A DNA stretch of 64,000 nucleotides from Candidatus Microgenomatus sp. (GCA_020724805.1 DYGI01000001.1:8934-72933); one strand, 5' to 3'. Counted from the stretch's first letter, positions 39,689-48,992 are shown. The notes: generated from the letters alone by a model not told the origin. Numbers and translations: made by a program.

Positions 39689-39775
39689 CGGAGGCGGAAG
39701 GATTCGAACCTTCGAGGGGATTGCTCCCCTAACATCTTAGCAGGATGCTGCCTTAAGCCACTCGGCCACGCCTCC
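39689..39775 (-). tRNA. tRNA-Ser (anticodon GCU), long variable arm
   Basis: Acceptor GGAGGCG/CGCCTCC, anticodon loop CUGCUAA, 17-nt variable arm, T-loop TTCGAAT. Confidence 0.8.
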
Positions 39776-39910
39776 TTAATTTCCGCCCAATCCTATCATT
39801 CTAAAATCGATTTTACAAACTAGATTGACAAAAATAAGAAAAAATGAGAAACTGAACCAGTTTCAGAAACCGCAACTCATTGAAAACTGCACATCGGAGA
39901 AAGGAGTTCC

Positions 39911-40375
39911 ATGCCACAGTTCCTTTTTTTACGAGAGGATCTTGAGGTTCTCGAGAAGAGGATCGCGGAGGCAAGCGAGAACGTTCAGAGCGCGCTGAGA
40001 CTCATTGGAGAAGGCGCGGAAAGCGATTCCAATACGTGGCACGACAATGCCGCATATGACGAAGGGCAACGGCAAAATTCCATGTGGTCCAGTCGCGTAC
40101 AGGAATTGGTGAACGTGCGAAGCAATGCCAAAATCGTGGAAATTCCTCGGGACAATAGCGTGGTGAAAGTGGGTAAGACCGTCACTATACGCGATGAGTC
40201 CACCGGCGAAAGCCAGACGTTTCAGATCGGAAGCTACCTTATCCTCTCGGAACGAAATGCAGTTTCCTACCACGCACCCCTTGGACGCTTGCTTATGGGA
40301 GCACACGTGGGGGAGGTACGAGAAGGTATTGTGGGGCCTCTAAAGAGGAAGTTCACCGTTCTCTCCATCGAGTGA
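39911..40375 (+). CDS. greA: transcription elongation factor GreA
   Basis: 154 aa; N-terminal coiled coil with acidic tip, C-terminal FKBP-like domain. Confidence 0.7.
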   Translation: MPQFLFLREDLEVLEKRIAEASENVQSALRLIGEGAESDSNTWHDNAAYDEGQRQNSMWSSRVQELVNVRSNAKIVEIPRDNSVVKVGKTVTIRDESTGESQTFQIGSYLILSERNAVSYHAPLGRLLMGAHVGEVREGIVGPLKRKFTVLSIE

Positions 40376-40411
40376 GAGCCGGTAAAGAGCGCAGAGAAAA
40401 TCCTGCGCTCT

Positions 40412-41614
40412 TTACATTTTTTCCTCCGCAACCGCAACCATATAATTACCTTTTAATGTGGCTATGTTTCTGAACTGCACTTTCCGTTCGGGGAAAAAAT
40501 TCCGCACGATCTCAACAAATCGAGCTCGGGTAAGGAAATACCCCCCTTGATCCCCTAAAAATGTCCGATAGTACCAATTCCATACACGCGCACGAACGCT
40601 GGAACGATGAGGATCCTCGATATCCATAAGGATCAGTCTCCTTGAGATTTTTTTCATGGAACCGAGAAGTGCTCTAATCTCTTCCTCTGAGTGCATGTGA
40701 TGGAGAGTGTTTTTACAAAGAACCACGTCAAATTTTGTTTTAAATGGAAGGTCAAGGGCGTTGTGGTTGGTAAAAATGATATCTTCTCCACTTCTTACCA
40801 ATACTTGGAGCGCTCGAGTTGCCGCAGCAGTTATGTCATTCGCCACACAAAGGAACGGCTGGCATTTCCGATACAGTTTTATAACGAGATTATCATCGCC
40901 GACCGCGGTATCCAGAAACGATCGCGGGTTTCCAATTGCCTCAAGCAACGAGGAATCTATGAGTGCAGAACTTAAGGGGTGTATAAGCGGACTTATCACG
41001 TGTTCGTGAACCCAAATCGCGATTTTGAACTTCTGAGCAGAATGTATTTCCTCAGTTGGCACAATCCCTATTTTGCGCTCAATCTGCTTTTTTGCGAGCG
41101 CGAGAACAGCACGATCCGAAGCAAGCATTCTCGGGGGAATGCGTGAAGAAAAATCTCCCGCAATGCTTTCGATGAACGAAAGGCTTCCTTCGCACTCGGC
41201 ACTGTATGCCAGTCCGGTATGCACTACTCTCTCTTTTCCGCATACAAACACATTTTTTACCACCGCAATCGGCGTCATTTCGAGCACCTCGAGGGCACTT
41301 TCTCTCTTCACTACTCTCACCACCGCCCCTTCGGGTCGTTCAAGTCCGTTCATTTCTATAAAACCTCCAAGAAGTTCCCAGCCGGAACCGCGACTGAAAT
41401 TTCTCACCACCAAAAATTCTCGCGCGCGGTTGTAAGCCGCCACTACCACAAATATCGCGCCCCGGCGTGCTTGGAGAAAAAACCGATAATCTACGGTTTC
41501 CGCGTGTTCGATGGTGGGAAGACCGTAGAGTAATTGATATTTTTCGATGGTGTGCGCCGCAGTTTCAACTACTGCATCAAAACGTCTTGGAGAGCCTTCT
41601 TCCTTTTGGGACAT
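40412..41614 (-). CDS. NUDIX hydrolase - SAM-dependent methyltransferase fusion protein
   Basis: N-terminal NUDIX-like region, C-terminal class I MTase fold (VLCKNTLHHM, LILMDIEDP); start moved to ATG 41614 to avoid 59-nt overlap with tmk. Confidence 0.5.
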   Translation of the reverse strand: MSQKEEGSPRRFDAVVETAAHTIEKYQLLYGLPTIEHAETVDYRFFLQARRGAIFVVVAAYNRAREFLVVRNFSRGSGWELLGGFIEMNGLERPEGAVVRVVKRESALEVLEMTPIAVVKNVFVCGKERVVHTGLAYSAECEGSLSFIESIAGDFSSRIPPRMLASDRAVLALAKKQIERKIGIVPTEEIHSAQKFKIAIWVHEHVISPLIHPLSSALIDSSLLEAIGNPRSFLDTAVGDDNLVIKLYRKCQPFLCVANDITAAATRALQVLVRSGEDIIFTNHNALDLPFKTKFDVVLCKNTLHHMHSEEEIRALLGSMKKISRRLILMDIEDPHRSSVRARVWNWYYRTFLGDQGGYFLTRARFVEIVRNFFPERKVQFRNIATLKGNYMVAVAEEKM

Positions 41615-41630
41615 ACTCGATATTTTTATA

Positions 41631-42191
41631 TTACCTCTTTTCCAAAATTCCAACGATTTTTTCCACTGTAGTTTTTGGATCGAGGTCATTACTTATTTCG
41701 ATCGGGCGGAAACGGCGATATTCCTTTAGAAAGCTTTTTTCGACGTGAAGTGATCGTTCGCGCTTATCGTTAAAACTCAGTCCGCGCTTTCGAAGGCGAG
41801 TGAGGCGATTTCTTTCCTTGCATGTGATAAGAAATGTGAAATCGGGCTTCGTAAGCGGTAGAGAATTGGGTGACGGCAAGGCGTGCGTAGTCAATATTTT
41901 GTGATAACAAAAAGTGGTGAGGACATAACGATCACAGATTACGTGCGATTTCAAAAGAGCGCCCTTGATTTCTTCCGATGCCTGCATAATACCCGCCAGA
42001 TAAAAATAGAATCGCGCGAGCGTCGAAGGGTTCGAGAGGTCAACTGCTTCCCTTACTTTTCCAAACGCGCCTGAGGGGGTTTTATAAAGTTTCGCGTGGA
42101 GTTTCTTTGCAAGTAATTTCGCGACCGTGCTTTTGCCGCTTCCGCTCAGACCCTCAAGAACGATGAAAAGATTTCTACCTCTCTTTTTCAT
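41631..42191 (-). CDS. tmk: thymidylate kinase
   Basis: 186 aa; P-loop LEGLSGSGKST and DRY-like lid. Confidence 0.8.
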   Translation of the reverse strand: MKKRGRNLFIVLEGLSGSGKSTVAKLLAKKLHAKLYKTPSGAFGKVREAVDLSNPSTLARFYFYLAGIMQASEEIKGALLKSHVICDRYVLTTFCYHKILTTHALPSPNSLPLTKPDFTFLITCKERNRLTRLRKRGLSFNDKRERSLHVEKSFLKEYRRFRPIEISNDLDPKTTVEKIVGILEKR

Positions 42192-42678
42192 CGCTTGTTT
42201 TTATACGCACGACGGTTAGGCTCAAAGCTTTGCCATTTACCGTATAGGTACGTTCGTCTCCCTCCTTTGCTCCAAGAAGTGCCTGGCCAAGGGGACTGAG
42301 ATATGACACAACCCCTCCCGCAGGGTCGGACTCGGCTCCTCCACCCAAACGTACCGTACGCGCAGTTCCGCTCCCCAGCTTTATCTCTGCAACGGAACCA
42401 ACTTCCATATACTTCCCTCCTCCTACGCGCGTATGAGCGCTCACCACTTCCGCATTCTTGAGTGTTTCCTGTGTTTCCGCGATCATACGAGCCAACATAA
42501 TCTGCCGCTGTTCCACTTCCTCGAACGCCGGATTGTCGTGCCAGAGATTCCCCCCCTGTTCCGCCGCTTCCATCTTTCCTCGGCTCACTTCTGCATATTC
42601 TCTCTCGAGCTTCTCCAGTTTTTCTTGGAGCGCTTGCACGCCCTTATCGGTGAGGAGAATTTTTTTCTTTGAAGACAT
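42175..42678 (-). CDS. GreA-like transcription elongation factor (second paralog)
   Basis: 167 aa; N-terminal coiled coil, C-terminal GreA/GreB domain. Confidence 0.65.
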   Translation of the reverse strand: MSSKKKILLTDKGVQALQEKLEKLEREYAEVSRGKMEAAEQGGNLWHDNPAFEEVEQRQIMLARMIAETQETLKNAEVVSAHTRVGGGKYMEVGSVAEIKLGSGTARTVRLGGGAESDPAGGVVSYLSPLGQALLGAKEGDERTYTVNGKALSLTVVRIKTSDEKER

Positions 42679-42685
42679 GTGGATT

Positions 42686-43243
42686 TTATGCTCTCGCGTG
42701 AGATCTGACCCACGAAATCACCCTCGAATAATAGCCCATGCCATGGGGTACATAGCAAGTGCGGCTCTTCTTTTCCATAAGCTCGTGCCGTAACTCCGCC
42801 ACCGGAATGAATTTCAATGAGCGTACTTCATAATGGTTCATGACAAAAGTAAGCGTGTTTTGTTCCGATATTTTATAGAAGAACAAGTAATAGAATTCCT
42901 TGTTTGGCCAATGAAGTTTTTTCAACACTTCGTTGACTTTTCCTCGTCCCGCGAACTGCAAATGCCTGGAACCAAGCGACACTCCGAGTTCCTCTCGGGT
43001 TTCACGGATTGCAGCTTCACGCGGATCCTCTCCCGGCAATACATGGCCTGCCGCAGAAATGTCGAGCAGTCCTGGGTATACGATTTTCGAAAGTGCACGT
43101 TTTTGGAAAAGCACTTCACCTTTCGCGGTATAAATCCATACGTGCGCCGACGCATGCCACAAGCCCATGCGGTGGGCTTCCTTTTCGTTCTGCGCTCCGA
43201 TCACTTTTCCTGCACCGTTCAATACTGCAATGGAACGTTTCAT
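42686..43243 (-). CDS. NUDIX hydrolase
   Basis: 185 aa; Nudix box GHVLPGEDPREAAIRETREELGV. Confidence 0.75.
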   Translation of the reverse strand: MKRSIAVLNGAGKVIGAQNEKEAHRMGLWHASAHVWIYTAKGEVLFQKRALSKIVYPGLLDISAAGHVLPGEDPREAAIRETREELGVSLGSRHLQFAGRGKVNEVLKKLHWPNKEFYYLFFYKISEQNTLTFVMNHYEVRSLKFIPVAELRHELMEKKSRTCYVPHGMGYYSRVISWVRSHARA

Positions 43244-43317
43244 GGAGCATCTTCATGATATCAGAATTTTCTTGTATAAATGCCGATATTCTGGTATTTT
43301 ACGGATACCATAACCCC

Positions 43318-44733
43318 ATGACGGAAAAGCGACCTCCCGTCGTGGCGATACTTGGACACGTAGACCATGGGAAAACCACTCTCCTCGACTTCATCCGCAA
43401 GGCGACCGTAGCCGCGCGTGAAGCGGGCGGCATCACTCAGTCGGTCGGCGCGTACGAAATCGCCCACAACGGCAAAAAAATAACTTTTATCGACACGCCC
43501 GGACACGAGGCGTTTTCCGCTATGCGTTCGCACGGCGCGAAGGTAGCTGACCTCGCAATTCTCCTTGTGGCGGCGGACGACGGCGTGAAACCACAGACAA
43601 AGGACGCGCTCTCCGCGATTATGAAAGCGGAAACTCCCTATATTGTGGCGATGAATAAGATAGACAAGCCGAGCGCGAATGTGGAAAAGGTGAAACAGGA
43701 ACTCGCGACACACGGAGTGCTCCTTGAAGGATATGGTGGTTCTATAACGTGGCACGCGGTTTCGGCGAAGACCGGCGAGGGCGTCCCCGAGCTTTTAGAC
43801 CTTATTCTCCTTGCGACAGATCTCCAAGAGCTCGGCTGGGACAAAAACGTTCCCGCATCCGGCGTAGTACTGTCGAGCCGACTCGATCCGCGCCGCGGCG
43901 TTCTCGCGGGCGTGGTGGTAAAGCAAGGCGTTTTGAGGCAGGGAGATTTTATCGCGACCCAAACCGCGAAAGGGAAAGTGAAGGCGCTCGAAGATTTTAC
44001 CGGCGCGCGCGCGAAAGAACTTACACCGTCCTCGCCCGCGCTCATCGGCGGGTTTGAGGTGCCTCCGCAGGTGGGGGAAATATTCATTGCCGGCAGCGAA
44101 AAAGAAGTGGCCACAAACTATAAGGGCGCGCAGAGCGAACTATCGGGAGTGTATGAGGGAGAAGGCGTGCCACTTATATTGAAAGCCGACGAATTAGGAT
44201 CGCTCGCCGCGCTTGAAGCGGTCGTCGCAAAGGTGTCCGCCGAAATCCCTTGTCGCGTGGTGGAAAAAGGTATTGGAAATATTTATGAAGGTGACGTAAA
44301 GCATGCGGAATCGACCGGTGCGCTTATACTTGGTTTTCGTGTGAAAAGCGACCGCGCCGCGGAAAATCTTGCGGAAGGGAAAAAGGTAATCATACGGACC
44401 GACTCCATTATTTATGAGCTCGAGAAATTTATCCGCGAACGTTTTGGCGCTGGTGCAAAAGAAGAAATTGCGACGCTCGAGATACTCGCGGTTTTCGGCG
44501 AAGGGAAAGGGGAAGAAAAAGTGGTGGGTGGCCGTATCACCGAGGGGACGGTAAAAAATCGCACAAACTTCACAGTGCTTCGCGGCGGGCGCGAAGTAGG
44601 AGAAGGTCAGCTTGTGAATCTCCAATCGAAAAAGAAAAATGTGAGTGAGGCGGGAACCGGCCTTGAAGTGGGGCTCCTTGTGGAAAGTACCGCGCGGATA
44701 GAAAAGGGTGACACACTCCGCTTCGTTTCGTAG
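43318..44733 (+). CDS. infB: translation initiation factor IF-2 (short form)
   Basis: Start moved to [21 protein letters not shown] (G1 motif); G2-G4 motifs (DTPGH, NKID) and C-terminal beta-barrels; track ORF N-terminal extension lacks coding character. Confidence 0.85.
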   Translation: MTEKRPPVVAILGHVDHGKTTLLDFIRKATVAAREAGGITQSVGAYEIAHNGKKITFIDTPGHEAFSAMRSHGAKVADLAILLVAADDGVKPQTKDALSAIMKAETPYIVAMNKIDKPSANVEKVKQELATHGVLLEGYGGSITWHAVSAKTGEGVPELLDLILLATDLQELGWDKNVPASGVVLSSRLDPRRGVLAGVVVKQGVLRQGDFIATQTAKGKVKALEDFTGARAKELTPSSPALIGGFEVPPQVGEIFIAGSEKEVATNYKGAQSELSGVYEGEGVPLILKADELGSLAALEAVVAKVSAEIPCRVVEKGIGNIYEGDVKHAESTGALILGFRVKSDRAAENLAEGKKVIIRTDSIIYELEKFIRERFGAGAKEEIATLEILAVFGEGKGEEKVVGGRITEGTVKNRTNFTVLRGGREVGEGQLVNLQSKKKNVSEAGTGLEVGLLVESTARIEKGDTLRFVS

Positions 44734-44743
44734 TATTCATTCC

Positions 44744-45037
44744 ATGAGGCCATATCGGAATCTCAAGATGGCGGATTTGATTGAGGAGGAGTTGGGTAAA
44801 TTGATTGAGCGGGAGGTTTATGTGGAGGGAGCGCTCATCACCATTACCGATGTGCTTCTCACGCCCGATTTATTGCAGGCGAACGTTCGGCTTGGTATCA
44901 TCCCTAAAGCGAAAGAGCTTGAGGCATTCCTTGCGGTGGAGAAGCAGCTCCCTGCCCTTCGCCACGCACTTCTTCGAAAGATGAATGTGAAACCTATGCC
45001 GAAGCTCAAAATAGAGCTTGATAAGAGAAAGGACTAA
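44744..45037 (+). CDS. rbfA: ribosome-binding factor A
   Basis: ~97 aa KH-like fold directly downstream of infB. Confidence 0.7.
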   Translation: MRPYRNLKMADLIEEELGKLIEREVYVEGALITITDVLLTPDLLQANVRLGIIPKAKELEAFLAVEKQLPALRHALLRKMNVKPMPKLKIELDKRKD

Positions 45038-45038
45038 C

Positions 45039-45110
45039 GGCCAGGTGGCGAAGAGGTAACGCGGCGGTCTGCAAAACCGCTATGCAGGGGTTCGAATCCC
45101 CTCCTGGCCT
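45039..45110 (+). tRNA. tRNA-Cys (anticodon GCA)
   Basis: Acceptor GGCCAGG/CCTGGCC, anticodon loop CUGCAAA, T-loop TTCGAAT. Confidence 0.8.
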
Positions 45111-45117
45111 CCGAGAC

Positions 45118-45200
45118 GTCCGGGTGGCGGAATGGTATACGCAGGGGACTTAAAATCCCCGGCTCGAAAGGGCTTGTGGGTTCGACTCCCACCCCGGACA
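45118..45200 (+). tRNA. tRNA-Leu (anticodon UAA), long variable arm
   Basis: Acceptor GTCCGGG/CCCGGAC, anticodon loop CUUAAAA, 15-nt variable arm, T-loop TTCGACT. Confidence 0.8.
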
Positions 45201-45326
45201 CAAAGTGTCGGTACAATAAAGAAGTTGAAGCCAACTCGCACGCTCGCGAGCGAGGAAAAGCGCGAGTGGCCGGCGACGGAGGAGGCGCGTATGCGCTGGG
45301 GGAGGAGGACTCCCACCCCGGACACA
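45201..45326 (+). repeat. tRNA-flanking insert, family B (Leu copy), with direct repeat of tRNA 3' end
   Basis: A ~105-bp GC-rich insert, then a 19-nt exact copy of the tRNA-Leu 3' end (gactcccaccccggacaca) at 45308-45326. Confidence 0.45.
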
Positions 45327-45364
45327 GATTGAAGATTTTTTTTGCGTACGGTAGCATACCATCT

Positions 45365-45529
45365 ATGCAATGGAAGGTGATTGCGATATTGGTAGGACTG
45401 CTCGTTATTGCGGTGCTTGCATACGCGTTCCTTTCTTCCATTGCGCCGGAAGGAACGGAGTTGCCCCGCGGCCCCGTTGGCGCTCCGTATGTGGAAGGGC
45501 CAAGTGGTCCCCCGCCAGGGAATAACTGA
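45365..45529 (+). CDS. small hydrophobic protein (54 aa)
   Basis: ATG ORF MQWKVIAILVGLLVIAVLAYAFL... with one TM helix, between tRNA genes. Confidence 0.3.
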   Translation: MQWKVIAILVGLLVIAVLAYAFLSSIAPEGTELPRGPVGAPYVEGPSGPPPGNN

Positions 45530-45534
45530 GAATT

Positions 45535-45608
45535 GCGGCCATGGTTTAGTGGCAGAATACGTCCTTGCCAAGGATGAGACTCGGGTTCGATTCCCGATGG
45601 CCGCACCA
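45535..45608 (+). tRNA. tRNA-Gly (anticodon GCC), CCA encoded
   Basis: Acceptor GCGGCCA/TGGCCGC, anticodon loop UUGCCAA, T-loop TTCGATT, 3' CCA. Confidence 0.8.
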
Positions 45609-45619
45609 AAAATAGAACG

Positions 45620-46663
45620 ATGGATATTCTCGCACACGGACTCTGGGGCGCGGTAGGCGCAAAAGCGCTCAATAAAGTCCTCGAACGCCGCGGCGCGACC
45701 GCGCGTCTCAACCCATGGTGGACAGGATTTTGGGCGGCATTCCCCGATCTTCTTGCATTCACGCTTCTTGGTATTTCCATCGCATGGACCGCGGTTTTCG
45801 GCACAAACCCGTTTGATGGTCTTAGAACCCTCCTCCCGATATCTCTCTACCCCTTAGGCCACAGCCTTGTGCCGTGGGCGGTAGCGTTCGGCGTGGTATG
45901 GCTTATTCAAAAAAGACCGACGTGGGAACTTTTAGGATGGCTCTCCCATATTCTCATAGATATCGGCACGCACCCTGCGGAGTTCTACCCCACTCCATTC
46001 CTTTGGCCGGTTTCAGAACTTCGATTGAACGGAACCGCGTGGGCAACGCCCGGATTCCTCGCGGTCAACTATATACTCCTCCTTTCGCTTCTCTACCGCC
46101 TTCGCGAGCATCGTGATATAAAGGAGGGGTTCAAGGCGATGACCAACACGAAAAAAATATTCCTTGGCCTTCTCGCAATCGTAGCGATTGCGGGAGCGTG
46201 GCGCACATTCGATCGCCACGCCGCCAACAACATACCGCCACCCGAAGCGAATGAATCGGCCTCGACCGCGGAAACTATGGCGGTGCAGGTTTTCTTTTCC
46301 AACAACGTATTCGACCCGAATGTTATGGAATGCAACCGCACATACCCGGTATTCCGCATAATACCGAGAACTTCCGCAGTGGGCCGCGCTTCACTGGAGG
46401 AACTTCTTAAAGGACCCACCGCGGAAGAAAATGCGCAGGGCTATCTCACGAGCCTGAACGATGGCGCGCGCGTGAATTCGCTCTCCATTCGCGACGGCGT
46501 GGCATATGTGGACTTCGACGCTCGATTGGAAGAGGGCGCCGGTGGCTCGTGCCGCGTGGCGGCTATTCGTTCGCAAATCACGAACACTCTGAAACAATTC
46601 TCCACCGTGAAAGAGGTGGTAATCAGCGTGGAGGGACGCGTGGAGGATGCGCTCCAACCTTAA
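45620..46663 (+). CDS. membrane-bound metal-dependent hydrolase-like N-domain fused to GerMN-like C-domain
   Basis: N-terminal ~165 aa polytopic region (HxxxD, YdjM-like); internal ATG (MTNTKK) begins a signal/TM plus GerMN-like domain; could be two genes in one frame. Confidence 0.45.
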   Translation: MDILAHGLWGAVGAKALNKVLERRGATARLNPWWTGFWAAFPDLLAFTLLGISIAWTAVFGTNPFDGLRTLLPISLYPLGHSLVPWAVAFGVVWLIQKRPTWELLGWLSHILIDIGTHPAEFYPTPFLWPVSELRLNGTAWATPGFLAVNYILLLSLLYRLREHRDIKEGFKAMTNTKKIFLGLLAIVAIAGAWRTFDRHAANNIPPPEANESASTAETMAVQVFFSNNVFDPNVMECNRTYPVFRIIPRTSAVGRASLEELLKGPTAEENAQGYLTSLNDGARVNSLSIRDGVAYVDFDARLEEGAGGSCRVAAIRSQITNTLKQFSTVKEVVISVEGRVEDALQP

Positions 46664-47441
46664 ATCTCTCGAAAAATTCCGCACGCGCGTGTGGAACCAC
46701 TATCGCCACAAAGGGCGTCATTCTCTTCCGTGGAGAAAAACGCGCGACCCTTACGCGATAGTTGTTTCTGAGATCATGCTCCAGCAAACGCAGGTGGCGC
46801 GCGTTCTTTCGTTCTATCCGAAATTTCTTGCAAAGTTCCCTTCGTTCGGCGCGCTCGCAAAAGCGCCACGACGTGAAGTGGTAAAGCAATGGCAGGGGCT
46901 CGGTTACAATCGCCGCGCAGTCGCGCTTCACCGCCTCGCTGATGAAATAAGTAGGAAATATAAGAGGAAATTGCCCCATACCCGTGAGGAACTCGAAGAA
47001 ATCTCCGGCATCGGACCGGCGACCGCAGGTTCCATCCTTGCGTTTGCATTCAACGCTCCCGTTCCCTTTATAGAAACAAATATCAGACGCGCGATACTCC
47101 ACCATTTCTTTCCCCGCGCACGCAAAGTAAGTGAAAAAGAAGTTATGGAACTCGTTGTTCAAACACTCCCGAAGAAAAATCCGCGGGAGTGGTACTACGC
47201 GCTTATGGACTACGGGAGCATGCTTTCAACGCGCGTCAAAAACCCAAACCGCCGACACGCAGCATATCGCCCACAGCCGAAATTCAAGGGTTCATCGCGC
47301 GAACTTCGCGGCACAATACTCCGCGAGCGTCTCTCTCATCCACGCTTGTCTCTCCGCATGCTTTCGAAAAAACTCAACGAAAAATATTCGCGAGTTTCAA
47401 AAATCGTTGCCGCGCTTGAACGAGAGGGGCTCCTCACCTAG
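46647..47441 (+). CDS. HhH-GPD DNA glycosylase (MutY/Nth-like)
   Basis: 264 aa; helix-hairpin-helix GIGPATA + catalytic Asp region; no 4Fe-4S Cys cluster seen. Confidence 0.65.
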   Translation: MRSNLKSLEKFRTRVWNHYRHKGRHSLPWRKTRDPYAIVVSEIMLQQTQVARVLSFYPKFLAKFPSFGALAKAPRREVVKQWQGLGYNRRAVALHRLADEISRKYKRKLPHTREELEEISGIGPATAGSILAFAFNAPVPFIETNIRRAILHHFFPRARKVSEKEVMELVVQTLPKKNPREWYYALMDYGSMLSTRVKNPNRRHAAYRPQPKFKGSSRELRGTILRERLSHPRLSLRMLSKKLNEKYSRVSKIVAALEREGLLT

Positions 47442-48270
47442 CAAGCCCGTTTAAAATCTCCACGTTTTTTTTGTCCGGACCGCCACCGTCAAAACCCGGC
47501 GTTTCAAGAACGAACGGGATTTCTTTCATTGCGGAATGATTCACAAGTATACGGAATGGCTCTTTCCCGAGCGCGCCTTCGCCAATATTTTCGTGTCTAT
47601 CGCGATATGAACCGAACGGATCGCGGCTGTCGTTCACGTGCCAAAGCTCCAATCGTTCCATCCCCACAATTTCTTCGAACTTTTTGATGAACGCGTCGAG
47701 CGCGTCTTTCGTGCGGATATCGTAGCCGGCCGTGAAAAGATGGCACGTATCGAGGCATACTTTGAATCGCGGACTCTTCACGCGCGCCGCGAGCGCACCG
47801 ATATCCTCAAGTGTCACCCCGATCTTTCGCGTGCCAGAATTTTCCATGATGAACATGGCTTCTTCCGGGGTTTTTTTTAAAATATCGCGCACCACGTCTG
47901 CGAGACGATCGAAATCCGGCTCAGCCCCTTTCCATGAACCCACATGCACCACACTTCCTCGCACGCCGAGTTTGGGAGCGAGTACAAGCTCATTAACAAG
48001 CGTGGTTGCGGACGCTTTCCCGATACGACCTTCATCGGCAAGGTTTAGAAGATATGAAGCGTGAAAATATCGCGGCCCAATGTGATAGGCATCGACGTAC
48101 CGCACAAACTTAGCGACATCTTCCGGATCTTCCTTGGCGCTCCCCCATTGATGGGGGCTTTTCGAAAACATTTGGAGCGCGACGGCACCAATCGCGTGTG
48201 CGCGCGCCGCGGCCCCAGAAAACCCTCTCGCAATGGACACGTGTGCGCCGATGATAGGGAAGGATGTCAT
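47434..48270 (-). CDS. nfo: deoxyribonuclease IV (AP endonuclease family 2)
   Basis: 278 aa; TIM-barrel Nfo motifs (HASYLLNL, metal-binding H/E/D). Confidence 0.85.
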   Translation of the reverse strand: MTSFPIIGAHVSIARGFSGAAARAHAIGAVALQMFSKSPHQWGSAKEDPEDVAKFVRYVDAYHIGPRYFHASYLLNLADEGRIGKASATTLVNELVLAPKLGVRGSVVHVGSWKGAEPDFDRLADVVRDILKKTPEEAMFIMENSGTRKIGVTLEDIGALAARVKSPRFKVCLDTCHLFTAGYDIRTKDALDAFIKKFEEIVGMERLELWHVNDSRDPFGSYRDRHENIGEGALGKEPFRILVNHSAMKEIPFVLETPGFDGGGPDKKNVEILNGLAR

Positions 48271-48397
48271 TTTCTCGCTCTTATTCTAACTGAAACTCAT
48301 TCGTGTGGATAAATATGCTCGCTTAAAACGAAAAAGCGGGTATAATAGGGGAGAACTGAATATTCCAAAGGTCGAGCGCAACACGTTACCTATTACC

Positions 48398-48610
48398 ATG
48401 AAACAAGTAAGCTGGATTGCAACGCTCCTCATGGTCGTCGGCGCCATTAACTGGGGGCTCGTGGGTGTCTTCGACTGGAATCTCGTCTCTGCTATCTTCG
48501 GTTCGTGGCCGACCGTTGAGATGATTGTGTACCTCCTTGTGGGACTCTCGGGTATTTGGGGCATTTCGCTCCTTGTTCCGAAAAAATCCTCGATGGGAGG
48601 CGGAATGTAG
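48398..48610 (+). CDS. DUF378-like small membrane protein
   Basis: Start moved to MKQVSWIATLLMVVGAINWGLVG; two TM helices, ~70 aa. Confidence 0.5.
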   Translation: MKQVSWIATLLMVVGAINWGLVGVFDWNLVSAIFGSWPTVEMIVYLLVGLSGIWGISLLVPKKSSMGGGM

Positions 48611-48635
48611 CCAAAAAAACCAGGGAATGGCTCAT

Positions 48636-48670
48636 GAAAACATCCGCCAATTGGCGGATGTTTTCATTTC
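48636..48670 (+). terminator. rho-independent terminator
   Basis: 13-bp hairpin gaaaacatccgcc-aatt-ggcggatgttttc followed by atttc. Confidence 0.55.
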
Positions 48671-48676
48671 AAAAGT

Positions 48677-48700
48677 AAACCGCCCTCACTGCGGGCGGTT
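48677..48700 (-). terminator. terminator-like hairpin for minus-strand gene
   Basis: Hairpin aaccgccc-tcactgc-gggcggtt with T-rich tail on minus strand; overlaps last codons of the minus-strand ORF. Confidence 0.3.
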
Positions 48701-48961
48701 ATGTTCCTTAAGATCATCGATCGCGTACACCCCGTAGGCGGAAAGGCATCCTTGCACAAATCCAATCCAACGATTTACCTTCCCTCTTCGCGCAGTTCGG
48801 AGAAATTCCGGGATTGAGTCCAGCATCCAATGACAGTGCGCGAGAAGTTCGTCGCGAGCGGGCGAAACCTGTGCAGTGGACATCTGCGTCTTCGGTATTC
48901 CAAGTTCCACAAACTTTTCGCGATATTTCGAAATTGCGGCAAGTATCTCGGGATCTTCCAT
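48686..48961 (-). CDS. hypothetical protein
   Basis: 91-aa ORF, no family recognised. Confidence 0.35.
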   Translation of the reverse strand: MEDPEILAAISKYREKFVELGIPKTQMSTAQVSPARDELLAHCHWMLDSIPEFLRTARRGKVNRWIGFVQGCLSAYGVYAIDDLKEHNRPQ

Positions 48962-48992
48962 GCTATCTCCTTGAGTTATGAATGTGCTGTTG

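Noticed and set aside
43009-43317. N-terminal 103 codons of track ORF 43009..44733
   Set aside because: Overlaps the divergent NUDIX gene and has no IF-2 N-domain character. The IF-2 G-domain begins at the ATG at 43318 right after a plausible intergenic spacer.
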